From the NCBI RefSeq assembly GCF_009834535.1, contig NC_045697.1:48796001-48860000 (forward strand): a stretch of 64,000 nt of DNA, written 5' to 3'. A program made the translations under genes and the position numbers. Positions 48,301-60,785 of this stretch are shown here, one piece after another. The stretch is from Camelus ferus. Taxonomy: Eukaryota. The notes under the pieces are model-generated. The model worked only from the letters and a program-made list of their open reading frames with translations, ran no database searches and was not told where the DNA came from. Position 1 is the stretch's first letter. Every line of letters begins with the position of its first letter.

Positions 48301-50460
48301 GGCCGGAATTGGGGCTGTTTTGAGGGAGGAAGAGACGAGGGGGAGAGGTAAGGGGAGGGGAGTGTCTGACATGTACAGCTTCATTTGCATAGCTGAACCT
48401 TTCAAGCAGAGCCATTGGGGCACACAGTGTGTGTCTGGGAGGGCGAGGCTGCGGGTGCTGTATTGTGCCCCATTGTGTGTGCTCCACGACACCGGAGGGG
48501 ACCTCACCACGCCCCAGACGAGGGAGCCTGGCAGGCATTCCACAGCTCCAGAAGGGAGGCTTTTAAAAATTGTCACTGGGGAAGAAATAAATTTAAGACA
48601 CTTAATCCTCTGCCCCAATCTAACTCTAATGATCCTGTTCTTGGGATGGAATACAGTGTGTATGTTAGCTATTAACAATTTGTTAAATTACACACTGCGG
48701 GTCCCCTCATATTCTGCAGATATGTGCAAAGGTTCTCACACTCCATATGAGATGTGGGGTTTTCGTGACTTTATTTCCTTTTTAACTAGAGATAGAGGTT
48801 TTTCAACTAGCTCTCTCTTCCCTTCTGCACCTTTTTAGGACACTAAGGTTTTTATGGAGAGTGACTTTTTTTTAAGATAGTGATTAGGGCTGAGGTAGTA
48901 CTTGTCCCTCTTCCATACAACAACGACTTCTCCTTAACCCAGGAAATCATCTTTGAAGTGTACATTCTCTAGGCTGGAATTCATAAGTGAAGGTAGAATT
49001 TTGAAATGTAAATCAATGCCAAATATTCAATATTTATTCAGCTCTCCAACATTCATTTCTCCTTTAACTCCCTCAACATTTATAAATTCACTTAGCATCT
49101 ACTTACCAATGGATCTAATTTTTCAATTACCACCAACCATCTGTACTATTTGTACACACATTATATCTAAAATGATTTCTGTAGACTTGTGTGGTGATCA
49201 CATTTCACCACATGCACGGGCAATATTATTTCCGATGCTTTATATTCATCAAAGCAGTCATTTTTAGGATTTATATTTAGTTTCACTAACACGTTGATCT
49301 TATAACAGGAAAATGTCTTTATAAAGAAGAGTTAGCTAACAGCTGAGTAAGATGGAGATTTCCAACTGGCTATAAATATTGGAAGAAAAAAACATATTTC
49401 AGGATGATTAACATAGATCGTGAGTGTATGATTTCTGAATGCTTACCACCTCTTTTTCACCACCTCTGTCTCTTCATTATCGTTACTACTTGAATAGAAC
49501 CATTTAGAATTGGGGAACACCTTCCTATTCCATCTTTGGAATTAATAGGGTGGGAAGAGCAGTCTCAGAACCTCTTCGGATGAATAAATGGATCTTCACC
49601 AGTTTACAGAAAGTTTTCATTAAAAAAATAAAAATCATTTCCCCCCTATCATGACAAACAGGCAAGAGTGTAAGCACTAGTCCAAACCACTAGTCTTTTT
49701 TACCACCCTTGGATTACTAAACCCCAGAATGAAAGTATGCCTACAGCAATCCAAGAGGAGGTCCCCAGAGGAAGGCAGAAGGGTTCCCAAAGTTTTTATC
49801 AATCAACTTAAAAGTCCATAAAATGAAAACCGAGCAGAGCTTAAGCTTAGTCATGGCTCAATATCCCTAAGCATCTCACTGCCGCTCGAATTTAGGTGTT
49901 TCCATCTAGAATCTGACTTTCTCTCGAACATAAGGGTGAGCGAAGCAGTGAGCCAGGACACTCGACCCCCGTGCTGCAGTGAAAGTCACCAATTGTCCTG
50001 TGCCGAGCAAACCTTGAAAAGAAAAACTGCTTTCCTACCACAAGAGAAAGAGTTAAAGATAGCTTTAAAAATAAGTGGTAATGAGAATCAGATGATAAAT
50101 CCCGGGGGTCTCACGGTTGGAACGCACAGACGTGTATTTGTTGGCCTCAATGAAATGTTACTTTATTCTCTCATCACTCAAGCTTCTCATCAAAGATGAA
50201 GGAGTACACAGTGAGGTACCACCACCTGCAAGGATGACAGTCATGTGTCAGGTACCCCTCTCCCCGCTGACATCCTTGTTTATGCCTTGGTATCATTCTG
50301 CCAGCACATCTGACAGCCAAATCACTTAGGAATTTCACCATAAAAGCCTAAACTAAACAATTTCCCTACCTCTCTTTAGTTTACCTTCCTGATACTGGCA
50401 TTTCTGTTGAGATAAATGTAGAAATCAAGTCGAGAAATATCTGGTTTAAAATGGACTTAC

Positions 50461-51085
50461 CTTAAGGAAGTCTAAGCCAGCATTTCCACTGTCCTTAATT
50501 CTCTCTCAGACATCTCTGTCCAGCATTGACACTGAGCCAAGCCGGCCCGCTGAGGGGGCTCAGTGGCTTGGGGAAGGCAGCAGAGAGGCACAATTCTGGC
50601 CCAGAAAGAATCCCCGGGAGGCAGCCCCAGGAAGGCAAGAGCTAAGACACAGGTGTCAGACACCAGCAAGGCACCTCTGCCCAGAACCTGCAATCAAACG
50701 GCTGCCCTGATTAGCCACGTACAATAGGCAGTTCAGATTACTGCCCTCCTCCCAGCCAATCGCCGGCCGGCCTGCCTGACAGCAGCAGGCCCCCTGATGT
50801 AAGGGGAAGTGCACCCGGCCAGAACCCGGGAACCGGTTTCTGCGGTGGCCGCGGGCACGCCGCCCTGGTGCACACCAGCCCACACTCCGCAGGAGCTGCT
50901 GGTCAGGCTGTTGCAAGCAGAGCCTGTGGCCAGGGGTAAGCCCTCTCCTGCCCTTTCCCAAAGGTCGCTCTAGGGTCTCTGACTCACAATAACACGATGC
51001 ACCAGTGATGACAGGGAAGGAGACAGAATGGATGGCAGCAACAGTTCCCCCATGTAGGGTACCTCCCGCCCGCCCCCCGCCAGCT
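50461..51085. promoter_or_regulatory. Small CpG-enriched promoter/enhancer-like element with a minus-strand consensus donor site
   Basis: About 14 CpGs in 50695-50890. AGCCAATCG (CCAAT 50756-50760), CCACGTAC (50715-50722) and GC boxes CCCGCCCGCCCCCCGCC (51065-51081). Minus-strand AAG|GTAAGT at 50461/50460. Confidence 0.5.
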
Positions 51086-51376
51086 CTTCCTCTCTCCCCT
51101 CGCTGCTCAGGCTTCTGTGCAGCTGAAAAAGTTCAATTTTTAATTAGCTATGGGTTTTTTTGCAAGCAACAGTTGCTCACAGAAACTAGAAGAGGAGGGA
51201 GAATCAAATAAAAGGGAATATCTCTACGGTCATGGTTTCCAAGGATCACGTTCAATAGTGTAACAATCTCCTCAGACACAAAAATTTATAGAAGTCATGA
51301 TTGTGAAATCCAAGACAAAACAGCAGCAAGACATCACATTTGAAAATTCAGCCCAGTGGAGGGCTGCGGAGCTCAC

Positions 51377-51522
51377 CTTTTTGCACGGAATCCTGACAGG
51401 TTTCCTGAGCTGCAATCGGCAAAGGCATTTCACTGAAAACTCAGCTGAGCCCCTGAGACCTTGGGCCTTTGCAGCTGTATGGCTAAGCAGTGCTTGATTC
51501 AAGTTTTGGTATTTGCCCCAGA
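51377..51522 (-). other. Candidate 146-nt exon of an unidentified minus-strand transcript
   Basis: Long pyrimidine tract upstream on the minus strand (~51545-51590), CCTACAG| acceptor and AAG|GTGAGC donor. Confidence 0.35.
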
Positions 51523-51757
51523 CTGTAGGGGTCAGCTTAACAGTAACCAGAGACACAAAGAGAAAAGGAACAGCTCACAGAGAGAAAAAGACTCCAAGAG
51601 TGTCTGAGTTCATGGGTCTGCAAATGCATGGTTTACAGCCGCCACTGTGGGAAAAAGCTAATCATGGGATCCAAGCATAATTTATAAACCTCCTTGCAAA
51701 GAAGCTTTAAAAGATTTCCAGATTTTTTTTAGATGTGGAAAGAAAGAAGGGGAGAAA

Positions 51758-51762
51758 GTGCG

Positions 51763-51807
<45 letters not shown>

Positions 51808-51811
51808 ACAC
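51758..51811. repeat. Compound (CG)5(CA)16 microsatellite
   Basis: GTG CGCGCGCGCG CACACA... read directly. Confidence 0.97.
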
Positions 51812-52518
51812 GGCAGAATTCCACCATCACAGGGGGCATTATACTCTAAATACAGTAGTAATCTCCACTCTGGACACCAAGAATGTCTAAAGGATCCTTG
51901 AAGATGTCAGTGCATTTTTCAGAGGTGAAACTAATTTTATTTAGACTGTTTCTGTCCCTCCAGAACGCTCCACTTGAATTCCAGAGCTATTTCTTTTCTC
52001 TAATATGAATTCTAAGGAAAGAGGATTAGGCAAGTGTGAGATGGGAACAGTTTGGGGCAGGGGTGTGAGAGAATCCTTTCAGACGAGAAACCCCCCAACT
52101 AGATCTTGCACCACAGATGTGTTCTTTCCAAGTAGCCTTCTTTCCTTTGAGGAAGGCAAAGTTCTTATCCCCATTTTCTGTTTTCTGCTCCCACACTAGA
52201 ACCTCCCCAGACACCACAATTGAGTTGCCTGTCCTTCCATCCCAGGCTACTCCCACCAAACCAGAGTTCAAGGGCAGCCAGACCACAGAATTCATTTTGA
52301 ATGTGTCAAATTTAACAACCTCCTGCCACTGACCAGGAGGTGGTCTCCACAGCACACAATAACAAAGGGTTCTGCTGGCAGGCAAGGAAAGAAAAAAAAT
52401 TGTATTGCCACAATCAAATCACCTGTGCTTCCTAGATTAGGTCATCAGTGCTTCTTCAGACAAATTAAGAGATGAATAAGGGAACCATTGTTATATTTAC
52501 AAAGAATAAATGCCTGCA

Positions 52519-52602
52519 TATCAGACAGAACCACGTGAAATTGTCAGTATTTGACAATTTTTTGGTCTATGACAAAAGCGATTTCATGTGATTCAACTTG
52601 TA
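52519..52602. mobile_element. MADE2-like mariner MITE
   Basis: ~80 bp with imperfect terminal inverted repeats GAACCACGTGAAATTG...CGATTTCATGTGATTC. Confidence 0.7.
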
Positions 52603-52639
52603 GTTGGACTATAGTTAACTACTGTGCAACTAATAATTA

Positions 52640-52835
52640 ACTATGTGTCAATAGATACTATGTTATATTCTCTAATCACCACAGTGCTATAAGGTAAATA
52701 TTATAATTAGTGTTACAACTTTACCCATAAGGAAAGGGAGGCTTGGGGTGGTTAAGTAACGTGCTGAACCCTTCACAGCTAGCAAGCTGAGCTGGGATTG
52801 CCAGCAATCTGACCCCAGAGCTCATGCTCTGAACC
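52640..52835 (-). mobile_element. MIR SINE
   Basis: TTTACCCATAAGGAAAGGGAGGCTTGGGGTGGTTAAGTAACGTG...CACAGCTAG...TCTGACCCCAGAGCTCATGCTCT. Confidence 0.75.
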
Positions 52836-52854
52836 ACCCCCCTCTACAAAGGAG

Positions 52855-53045
52855 AATTTGAATTCTGACTTTGGCATTCACTAGCTATGTGATCCTGGGC
52901 CGATTCCTAAACTTCTCCAAACCTCAATTTTCTCTCCTCTGAAATGGGACTCATAAGAGAACCTATCTGATGTGAGGACAGAATGTGATGTGATGATGTG
53001 AGCAAAGCACTTAGCATAGCACCCAGTCCAGGGGAAGCGCTCAAA
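52855..53045 (+). mobile_element. MIR SINE
   Basis: CACTAGCTATGTGATCCTGGGC...CCTCAATTTTCTCTCCTCTGAAATGGG...AAAGCACTTAGCATAG. Confidence 0.8.
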
Positions 53046-53464
53046 TGTCCCCTGGTGGTACGGGCAGGACGGTCGCTCTCCCACCAGCACCTGAATAGCA
53101 CGTGACATGTCCCCATCAGACTCTGTGGTCCAGCAGCCACTCCTGGGCAGAAGGACAGTGCAGTCTGCCCTCAAGTCTGGAAGTGACACCCTTCAGAATC
53201 AGTGATGCTTACTTCGGCACATGCTGGAACGTGCAGCAGCTCCCTCGCATCTAGAAAAGACCCTTCACACCATGCTGTCCCCCAAGCCCTCCCCTCAGCC
53301 ACACCTTCTATTTCCTGCTGGCTCTACTGGAGATTTCTACCACAGACCTGGAACACTTTCACAAGCATCTTCAACTTCTCGTTCATTACCTGCCTAGCTT
53401 CTCTGGCAATCAGCTGTAGGAGGTTAGGCAGTCCACGTCTGAAGAAGCAGTGATGATCTGATCT

Positions 53465-53640
53465 AGAAGCAGCGCTATGGAACCCACAGTGCGCTGGGCC
53501 AGGAGGTGGGGGCTTAGCTTCCTTCTGGTTCTGCCACTGAACTGCTAAGTGACCCTGAACAAGTCACTCATGGTCTCTGGGCTGTAGTCCTCACTCTAAT
53601 CCAGAATATCACTAGCTTTCTTCCCAGTACTAATATCTGT
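53465..53640 (+). mobile_element. MIR SINE fragment
   Basis: CTGGTTCTGCCACTGAACTGCTAAGTGACCCTGAACAAGTCACT. Confidence 0.65.
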
Positions 53641-54604
53641 GTGAAGAGGGGGGAAAAAAGAATATTCTACATGAGTTTTTGAAGAACTATGGGGTTTTTC
53701 TTTTTCCTTTTCTCTATAAGCCAAGTAGCTCATCAACTTAGGCACATCCTGTTTTCTTCTGATGACCTTTTAAAAAACAAGTCCACGGGCAGGAGAGTTT
53801 TACGTTACTCTGCTGATAAACTGCAGACCAAGATAGACAGCCTCGATTTTAGAACACCAGACTACCACTAGTATTTTTCCTTAATGATCTGCACATGTCC
53901 TTGTAGGGTGCTTGTCTGTGGTTAGAGATGGGGGTGGTCTATGGAGAGAAAGCCTCACACGATAATGTAGAAAATGTGGTGTCCTTACTCATTTTCAATT
54001 TTTTTTTGTGTCTGTGCATAACACTTACACTGTCCTCTGGCACTGGGAAGGTAGACCTCTATTACGTAAGGTAGATTGGGATAGCTGTAGGGCACTTGCT
54101 TGCCAGGCCTTGTATTTTTATGGCATGCTGCAGAAGCTCAAAGTACTTTCACATAGTATGTTTTTTTAAATGAAAAGTCTGTCCTCAATACTCCCAGTAG
54201 GAACAAAAACAATTTTATGAATGGAGGAGACAGAAAGAACCTCATGGCCTCTGGTCACTTTCTTTCCATAGAGCACCCACCCCCTTCTAGCATACTGTGT
54301 AATTTACACACGTATTGGGCTCCCTATTCATTTCCTCCACTTACAAGGGCGTCGACTCCATGAGGACAGAGATGTGTCCCCAGCACCTAGAGCAATGACT
54401 GGCATATGTTAGATGCTCGATGAATAAATTAAACTTTATAAAATTATGGAAACCATGCAGGTAGAATTATACCCTGCATATCTCACTTTTAGAAATCACA
54501 CTGTGTCATTAAAAAGAAGAGCCATTGTAGAAAAGATCACACTGGCAAGGACCAAGGTGACAATGACGTGTAAGATGAGAAAAGTAAACAAATGTGTGGG
54601 TTCA

Positions 54605-55377
54605 TTTGGTGCAGCTATTATGGAAAACAGTATGGAGATTCCTCAAAAAACTAAAGATAGACTTACCATATGACCCAGCAATCCCACTCCTGGGCATATA
54701 TCTGGAGGGAATTCTAATTTGAAAAGATACATGCACCCCAATGTTCATAGAAGCACTATTTACAATAGTCAAGACATGGAAACAAACTAAATGTCCATCA
54801 ACAGATGAATGGATAAAGAAGTTGGGGGGTGTGTGTATGTATATATATATGTATATACACATATACATACACATACACACACAATGGAACACTACTCAGT
54901 CATAAAAAAGAATGTAATAATGCCATTTGCAGCAACATGGATGGATCTGGAGATCACCATTCTAAGTGAAGTAAAGCAGAAAGAGAAAGAAAAATACCAT
55001 AAGACATCACTTATATGTGGAATCTTAAAAAAAAAAAAAAGACACACAATGAAATTATCTACAAAACAGAAACAGACTCACAGATATAAAAAACAAACTT
55101 ATGGTTACCAGGAGGTAAAGGAGTTGGGAAGGGATATATTGGAAGTTCAAGATTTGCAGATACTAACTACTATATACAAAATAGATAAACAACAAGTTAG
55201 TCCTGTACAGCACAGGGAACTATATTCAACATCTTATAGTAACCTATAATGAAAAAGAATATGAAAATGAATATATGTATGTATGTGTATGACTAAAACA
55301 TTATGCTGTAAACCAGAAATTGACACAACATTGTAAACTGATTATACTTCAATTAAAAACACAGACAAAAAATCCCT
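54605..55377 (+). mobile_element. L1 3' ~0.77 kb
   Basis: ORF2 C-terminal remnants ([27 protein letters not shown]) and 3' UTR. 12-bp TSD TGTGTGGGTTCA at 54593-54604 and 55378-55389. Confidence 0.96.
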
Positions 55378-56256
55378 TGTGTGGGTTCAGAAGTTATATA
55401 GCCCAGATCTGCAAATTTCCACAAAGAGGTTTCACGCTGAAAGAAAACTCGACAGCGAGCCTAGAGAGACACTTACTAAGCTCAGTTTCTCTTTTCTAGT
55501 CCATTTTCTTTTAATTTCATGGGAAGTTGTATCTGGTGGAGAACTCCAAGTGTGTCTGAAGGAGTCAGATCCTTGAGGACACACCAAGGGAAGTGGAGAC
55601 ACAGCAGAGAGCCATGCTCACTTTGTATTCAAGTGAACATTTTTTTATCCTGGATCTGACCACACATTGACATCAAGGTTGATGAGATAATGCCTTTAGG
55701 CCTCTTAATGTCATAAAAGACGTTAGTCAAGTCCACAGTATTATTACATAGTACTTTTCCTGTATAATAATTGCAGGACATAAAGCATTTACAATACAGA
55801 AATCAGAAAGCATATTTTCTCATTGCTAACACTACTGATGAAAATCATACATTTTCAATTTAAACTCTGTTGCCTCTAATCACAAAGACCAACAGACCTA
55901 AAGTAATCATATCACTCCCGTTCTTTTTCTCTCTTTGAATTCTCTAATTCTTTGGGGAAACCAAGATATTTCTTCACAAGAATGTTAGTGGCTAGAAGGT
56001 AGCATGTTGAGTTCAGCCATCTCTTCAAAGTCCCCACATGCCAGAGGGGGAACCCCAAGTTACCATTTAGTGCTAAGAATAATAGGAACTATGTTTGGGT
56101 TCACATTTTAGCCTTGGGGACAAAAAGAAAACTCTGGAGAAAGAGCACTGTGGAACACAAATTACAGCGTTATTAATGACATTTCAATCTCTAGGAAAAT
56201 TACACAGCTAACATAAAAAATGAATAAGGTGTGAAGGTAACAACAAATACCAGTTA

Positions 56257-56300
56257 CATTTATAGACATATACGTCCTCATTTATAGACATATATGTCCT
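56257..56300. repeat. 22-bp tandem duplication
   Basis: CATTTATAGACATATACGTCCT followed by CATTTATAGACATATATGTCCT. Confidence 0.9.
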
Positions 56301-56309
56301 TAGTGTCTT

Positions 56310-56525
56310 AGCAGGGTGCTTACTCTGTATCAGGTAAAATATTAAGTACTTTACATGTCTTGTTTTAACTCGTCCAACAGCTCTACTAGGGAGGTACTAT
56401 TAGTATACCCTCTTCACAGCTAAAGCATCAGGCACAGAGAGATTAAAAACTTGCCCAAGATCACGAAAGTAGCAAGTAGTGGTATGAACCCGGGCAGCCT
56501 GATTTCAAAGAATATGCTCTCCAAC
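56310..56525 (-). mobile_element. MIR SINE
   Basis: GGTGCTTACTCTGTATCAGG...AGGCACAGAGAGATTAAAAACTTGCCCAAGATCAC. Confidence 0.8.
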
Positions 56526-56570
56526 ACTACTGTAAATGTTAGATTTGTTGTGACTTAGAAATGGGGTGTG

Positions 56571-56893
56571 TATACAGGTCAGAATGGCCATCATCAAATA
56601 ATCTACAAATAATAAATCCTGGAGAGGGTGTGGAGAAAAGGGAACCCTCCTACACTGTTGGTGGGAGTGTAAATTGGTACAGCCATTATGGAAAACAGTA
56701 TGGAGTTTCCTCAAAAAACTAAAAATAGACTTACCATATGATCCAGCAATCCCACTCCTGGGCATATATCCAGAGAAAACTCTAATTCAAAAAGATACAT
56801 GCATCCCAATGCTCATAGCAGCACTATTTACAACAGCCAAGACATGAAAATAACCTAAATGTCCATCAACAGATGACTAGATAAAGATGTGGT

Positions 56894-56924
<31 letters not shown>

Positions 56925-57395
56925 CACAATGGAATACTACTTGGCCATAAAAAAGAATGAAATAATGGCATATGCAGCAACATGGATGGACCTAGAAATT
57001 ATCACACTAAGTGAAATAAGTCAGACAAAGACAAATATCATATGATATCACTTATAAGTGGAATCTAAAAAAATGACACTAATTAACTTATTTACAAAAC
57101 ACAGACAGACTCACATAGAAAACAAACTTACGGTTACCAGGGAGGAAAGAGGCTAGGGGAGGGCTGTATTAGGAGCTTGAGATTAACATATAAAATAGAT
57201 AACCAACAAGGGCCTACTGTATAGCACAGGGAACTATATTCAATATCCTATAATAACCTAGAATGGAAAATAACCTGAAAAAGAATAGATTTATATATAT
57301 AACTGAATCACTTTGCTGTATTCCTGAAACAAATACAACATTGCAAATCAACTATACTTCAATTAAAAAAATAAATAATTTTTTTTAAAAAAGAA
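56571..57395 (+). mobile_element. L1 3' ~0.82 kb with internal (CA)n
   Basis: GGAGAGGGTGTGGAGAAAAGGGAACCC...ATCCAGCAATCCCACTCCTGGG through to the tail. 14-bp TSD AGAAATGGGGTGTG at 56557-56570 and 57396-57409. Confidence 0.96.
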
Positions 57396-60229
57396 AGAAA
57401 TGGGGTGTGAATGGCATGTACAATATTGAGGAGTCTGGGGTATCTTTCCAGCTAGCAGATTTCTCCTTAGGGAGAACATGCCACACCATCCCCAGCCACA
57501 TATCAGCCGAGCAGATCAGTTGAATGGCGCCAGCCAGCAGTAACGAGAGAGGCTGTCAAGCAATTAGCCTGATGATGATTTGGTATAATAAAGCCTGCCT
57601 CAAATCATAATTTAAACAGACTGTGTGGAGAACATTCTTCCTTTGGCTTTCCTAACCCTCTATCTTGTCTATGGTCAAAAGAGGCAGTTTGAAAGGCTAG
57701 CAAACCCACGTTCTTTGAAAAAAATGATGACAGGAGACATACATGACAGGAGACAGCACATTATGTGGGATTTGCACTCAGTCAGCAAACATTTCACGAG
57801 TGCTTGCTACAGTAGGCACTGGAGAGACCCAAGAGGGTAAGATACAGTGATTTCCTGCCCTGGTTTGATATTGGAAATGGTCAACCATTCCTCTACAGGA
57901 AAAGACAGTCTGGACAGTTGGTTGGACATGAGAAAGATAACCTGGCAGCCACTGTTTGGGCTACTAGGCTGGCAGACTCGAATGCCCAGTGAGCCAGGCA
58001 GGCAGGGTAAACTGCAGAGTGGCAGGTGTAAGGTCACAGGAAGCAGCGGAGCCTCAGAGCAAACTGGAGGGGCTACGCCTCGCCTGACATGGGTACACAC
58101 GGCTCCAAGCCATATGCCTGATTTTTCCAGAAGCCAGATTCTTGTGTAAAACTTCCAGATTTTTAATGAGGATTAAACAAAGGTCTGCAGCCAAATGTGA
58201 AATGTAGTTTTCAAATTCTGCCAATCAAAGAACTTAATTAAATTAACCAAGTTGACCTTTTAAAAATAAAATCGATTAGCTTTAACAGTGGATTTGGTAT
58301 ATGTCAACCTTCAGATTCTTATGTACACCTTGTTCAAATCATTTTCAATTTTTTATTAAGATGTAACATACAAGTGTGTACGGTGCACTAATCTTCTGTA
58401 AACAGCAAAAATAATATAAAATATTTCTAGCATCCATGTAAGGCTCCTTCCAGACTTTTCCAGACTATTCCAGACTTCTCACCCCCACTTTTGACCTCCA
58501 TCATCAGTTAGCTTTGCCTGTTATTACCTAGTTCAGATATTAATCGCGAGAAATGGATACCAGATGTTGTTGCTTCAGGTCTGAGAGAAATAAAATTGGG
58601 TTTAAATAAGTAAGAGGACAACCGAAAAGAGTCACAGTAAACCCATCGCCACTACAGAGCCACACACTTAGCCCAGGGCTTCTGCGAGTTCTGATGCTTG
58701 TAACTTTCACATACCTATTCTTTCTGATAACAATCATTTCCTGTGCAAATAACATATGTCAAGTATGGACCTGTCACTCTGCATAAAGTATCTAATTTAA
58801 GCACCACAAACCCCTCTGAGATACAAATTTAGATAAGATGTATTCCCACTGTACAGCTAAAGAGAACCAGACCAGTGGTGGTTAGATCTACACGGACAAT
58901 ACATACAACATCTAGGTTCAAAGGAAGGGCTATGACACAGCCCAGGTACTTTTCCATTGGGCTACATGGCCTCCCCATAAAATGAGTAAATGGTGTGTTT
59001 TCTTAAGTCTTCCACAAGAATATGATAAATTTCAGTTCTTAACCAGGAGCATAATAAACCTTATGGAATTTAGAATCTCACTAGAAATTCATGCCTCACA
59101 TTATAAGGATTGGTGGTGGTAGGAGAGGTATTAAAAGCTGATCTTTATTATCTAGCTACTTTTCTTTTAAAAACAACTTAATGGGTAAAAATGTATTATA
59201 TTTAACATCGATCTTACCTATCTTCTTTACCTAATGTCCTGGGGCTTACTGTCTTGTATGAATATAGTTCTGAGACAGGAGGCAGATTTGGATGTCTAAA
59301 GGTTTTCTCTCCCCCAGGAAATTTATGCAGCATGGCAATGGGATTAGAACAGTGGTGGCTACAGAATTTCCTATAAGAGGGGCTCCCTGGTGGCAAGTGG
59401 ATTGTGCAAGAGTTACAGGGAGCAGGTCTTGAAGCTGCGCTCTGCCTAGCAAGTTCACTGTTTTGACTTAGACCAGAGCCGTTTTGAAAGATGCTTTCAT
59501 TCATGCTTTAACAAGATTGAGGAAACATCAACTGTTTATAGTATAAGAATATTATCTTATTGGGTAGGCAACTTGTGCATATTATTGGGAGGCGGAGAGG
59601 GGGATTTAAAGCCCCACTGTCTGCCAATACCACCCCCATGTTTCTGCCTCTAGGGAGGAAGGGCTCACTCACCCGATACCAAATGACTGGAAGAGCAGCA
59701 ACAGCAAAGGGACCTAGAAGACGGCCTATTCAAACCAAGGCACAGAGCTCTCCCCGTGGCTCATCCTTTCTGCAGATGGGGAGAAGCTGATGGCTTGCCA
59801 ATACTTTTTACGTAGAATGATGTAAATCATTAGGAATTCATTCATGCCCAAGGCTTTTTAATCTGACATATGCAAAAATTCCAAGTACATATATATTATC
59901 TTTTACCTCAATAGCCACACTGAGACCAACTATCCTATTTGAATTTGAATCAAATCTATTGGACCAGTTTCTTCTTATACTTAATATATTCTTATATTCC
60001 TATACTTCTTATAGCTCAGAAACGCAGATGAGATCTGGTGAAATACCCAAGTTTACCAGGAGCATCTGTTTCAAAAGTTAGACCTGAGCTCTGACGTCCC
60101 GGATCACGTTGCTCGGATGACCAGTGAGTTAGCCATGCAACCTTTCTTCAAATCAATACCCATTGCTTAAGAACTTAAGCCATTTTTTACTTACAACTTA
60201 ATCTTTGCTATAGTCGTCAAATTTCTTTT

Positions 60230-60631
60230 TTTTTAGTTTACTTTTTATTAAAATTTTTTTAATTGTGGTAAAATACACATAATGTAAAATTTACCATCTT
60301 AACCATTTTAAATGCACGGTTCAGTGGTATTAAGTACATTCACATTGCGCAACCATCACCACCATCCATGTCCAGAACTCCTTTCATCTTATGAGACTGA
60401 AACTCTGTACCCATAAAACAATAACTCCCCATTCCGCACCCCCACCCCCACCCCCGGGGCCTGGCAACCACCATTCTACTTTACATATCTATGAATTTGA
60501 CTGCTCTAGGTATCTCGCATAAATGGAATCATACAGTATTTGTCTTTTTGTGACTGCCTTATTTCACTTAGTGTAGCATCCTCAAGATTCCTCAATGTAT
60601 TATGTGTCAGAATTTCCTTCCTTTTTAAAGC
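60230..60631 (-). mobile_element. L1MB-like 3' end
   Basis: TTGTGGTAAAATACACATAATGTAAAATTTACCATCTTAACCATTTT...GGCAACCACCATTCTACT. Approximate TSD CAAATT(T/C)CTTTT at both ends. Confidence 0.9.
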
Positions 60632-60785
60632 GGCAAATTCCTTTTCTTAACTATCAAATGTTTCAAGTTTATCTACCAAGTTAATCAATCAACTAGATTG
60701 AGGGGGCATATTTGGTCTGTTTAATAAGACTTTAGGCTTGGAAATAATAATGGGGGAATGAGATAATTTGCTAAAATCTTTACAG

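Noticed and set aside
48233..48838. 201-aa plus-strand ORF and overlapping 163-aa minus-strand ORF
   Set aside because: The plus ORF has a non-ATG start and neither has recognisable homology. They are explained by local GC richness.
52640..53045. Head-to-head MIR pair as a long dsRNA hairpin
   Set aside because: The copies are too diverged; I could see only short complementary patches.
54809..55249. 146-aa ORF and other L1-overlapping ORFs (29037, 34914, 38932, 42280, 54602, 56505, 61809)
   Set aside because: These are frameshifted or antisense readings of truncated L1 ORF2/3' UTR, not genes or intact elements.
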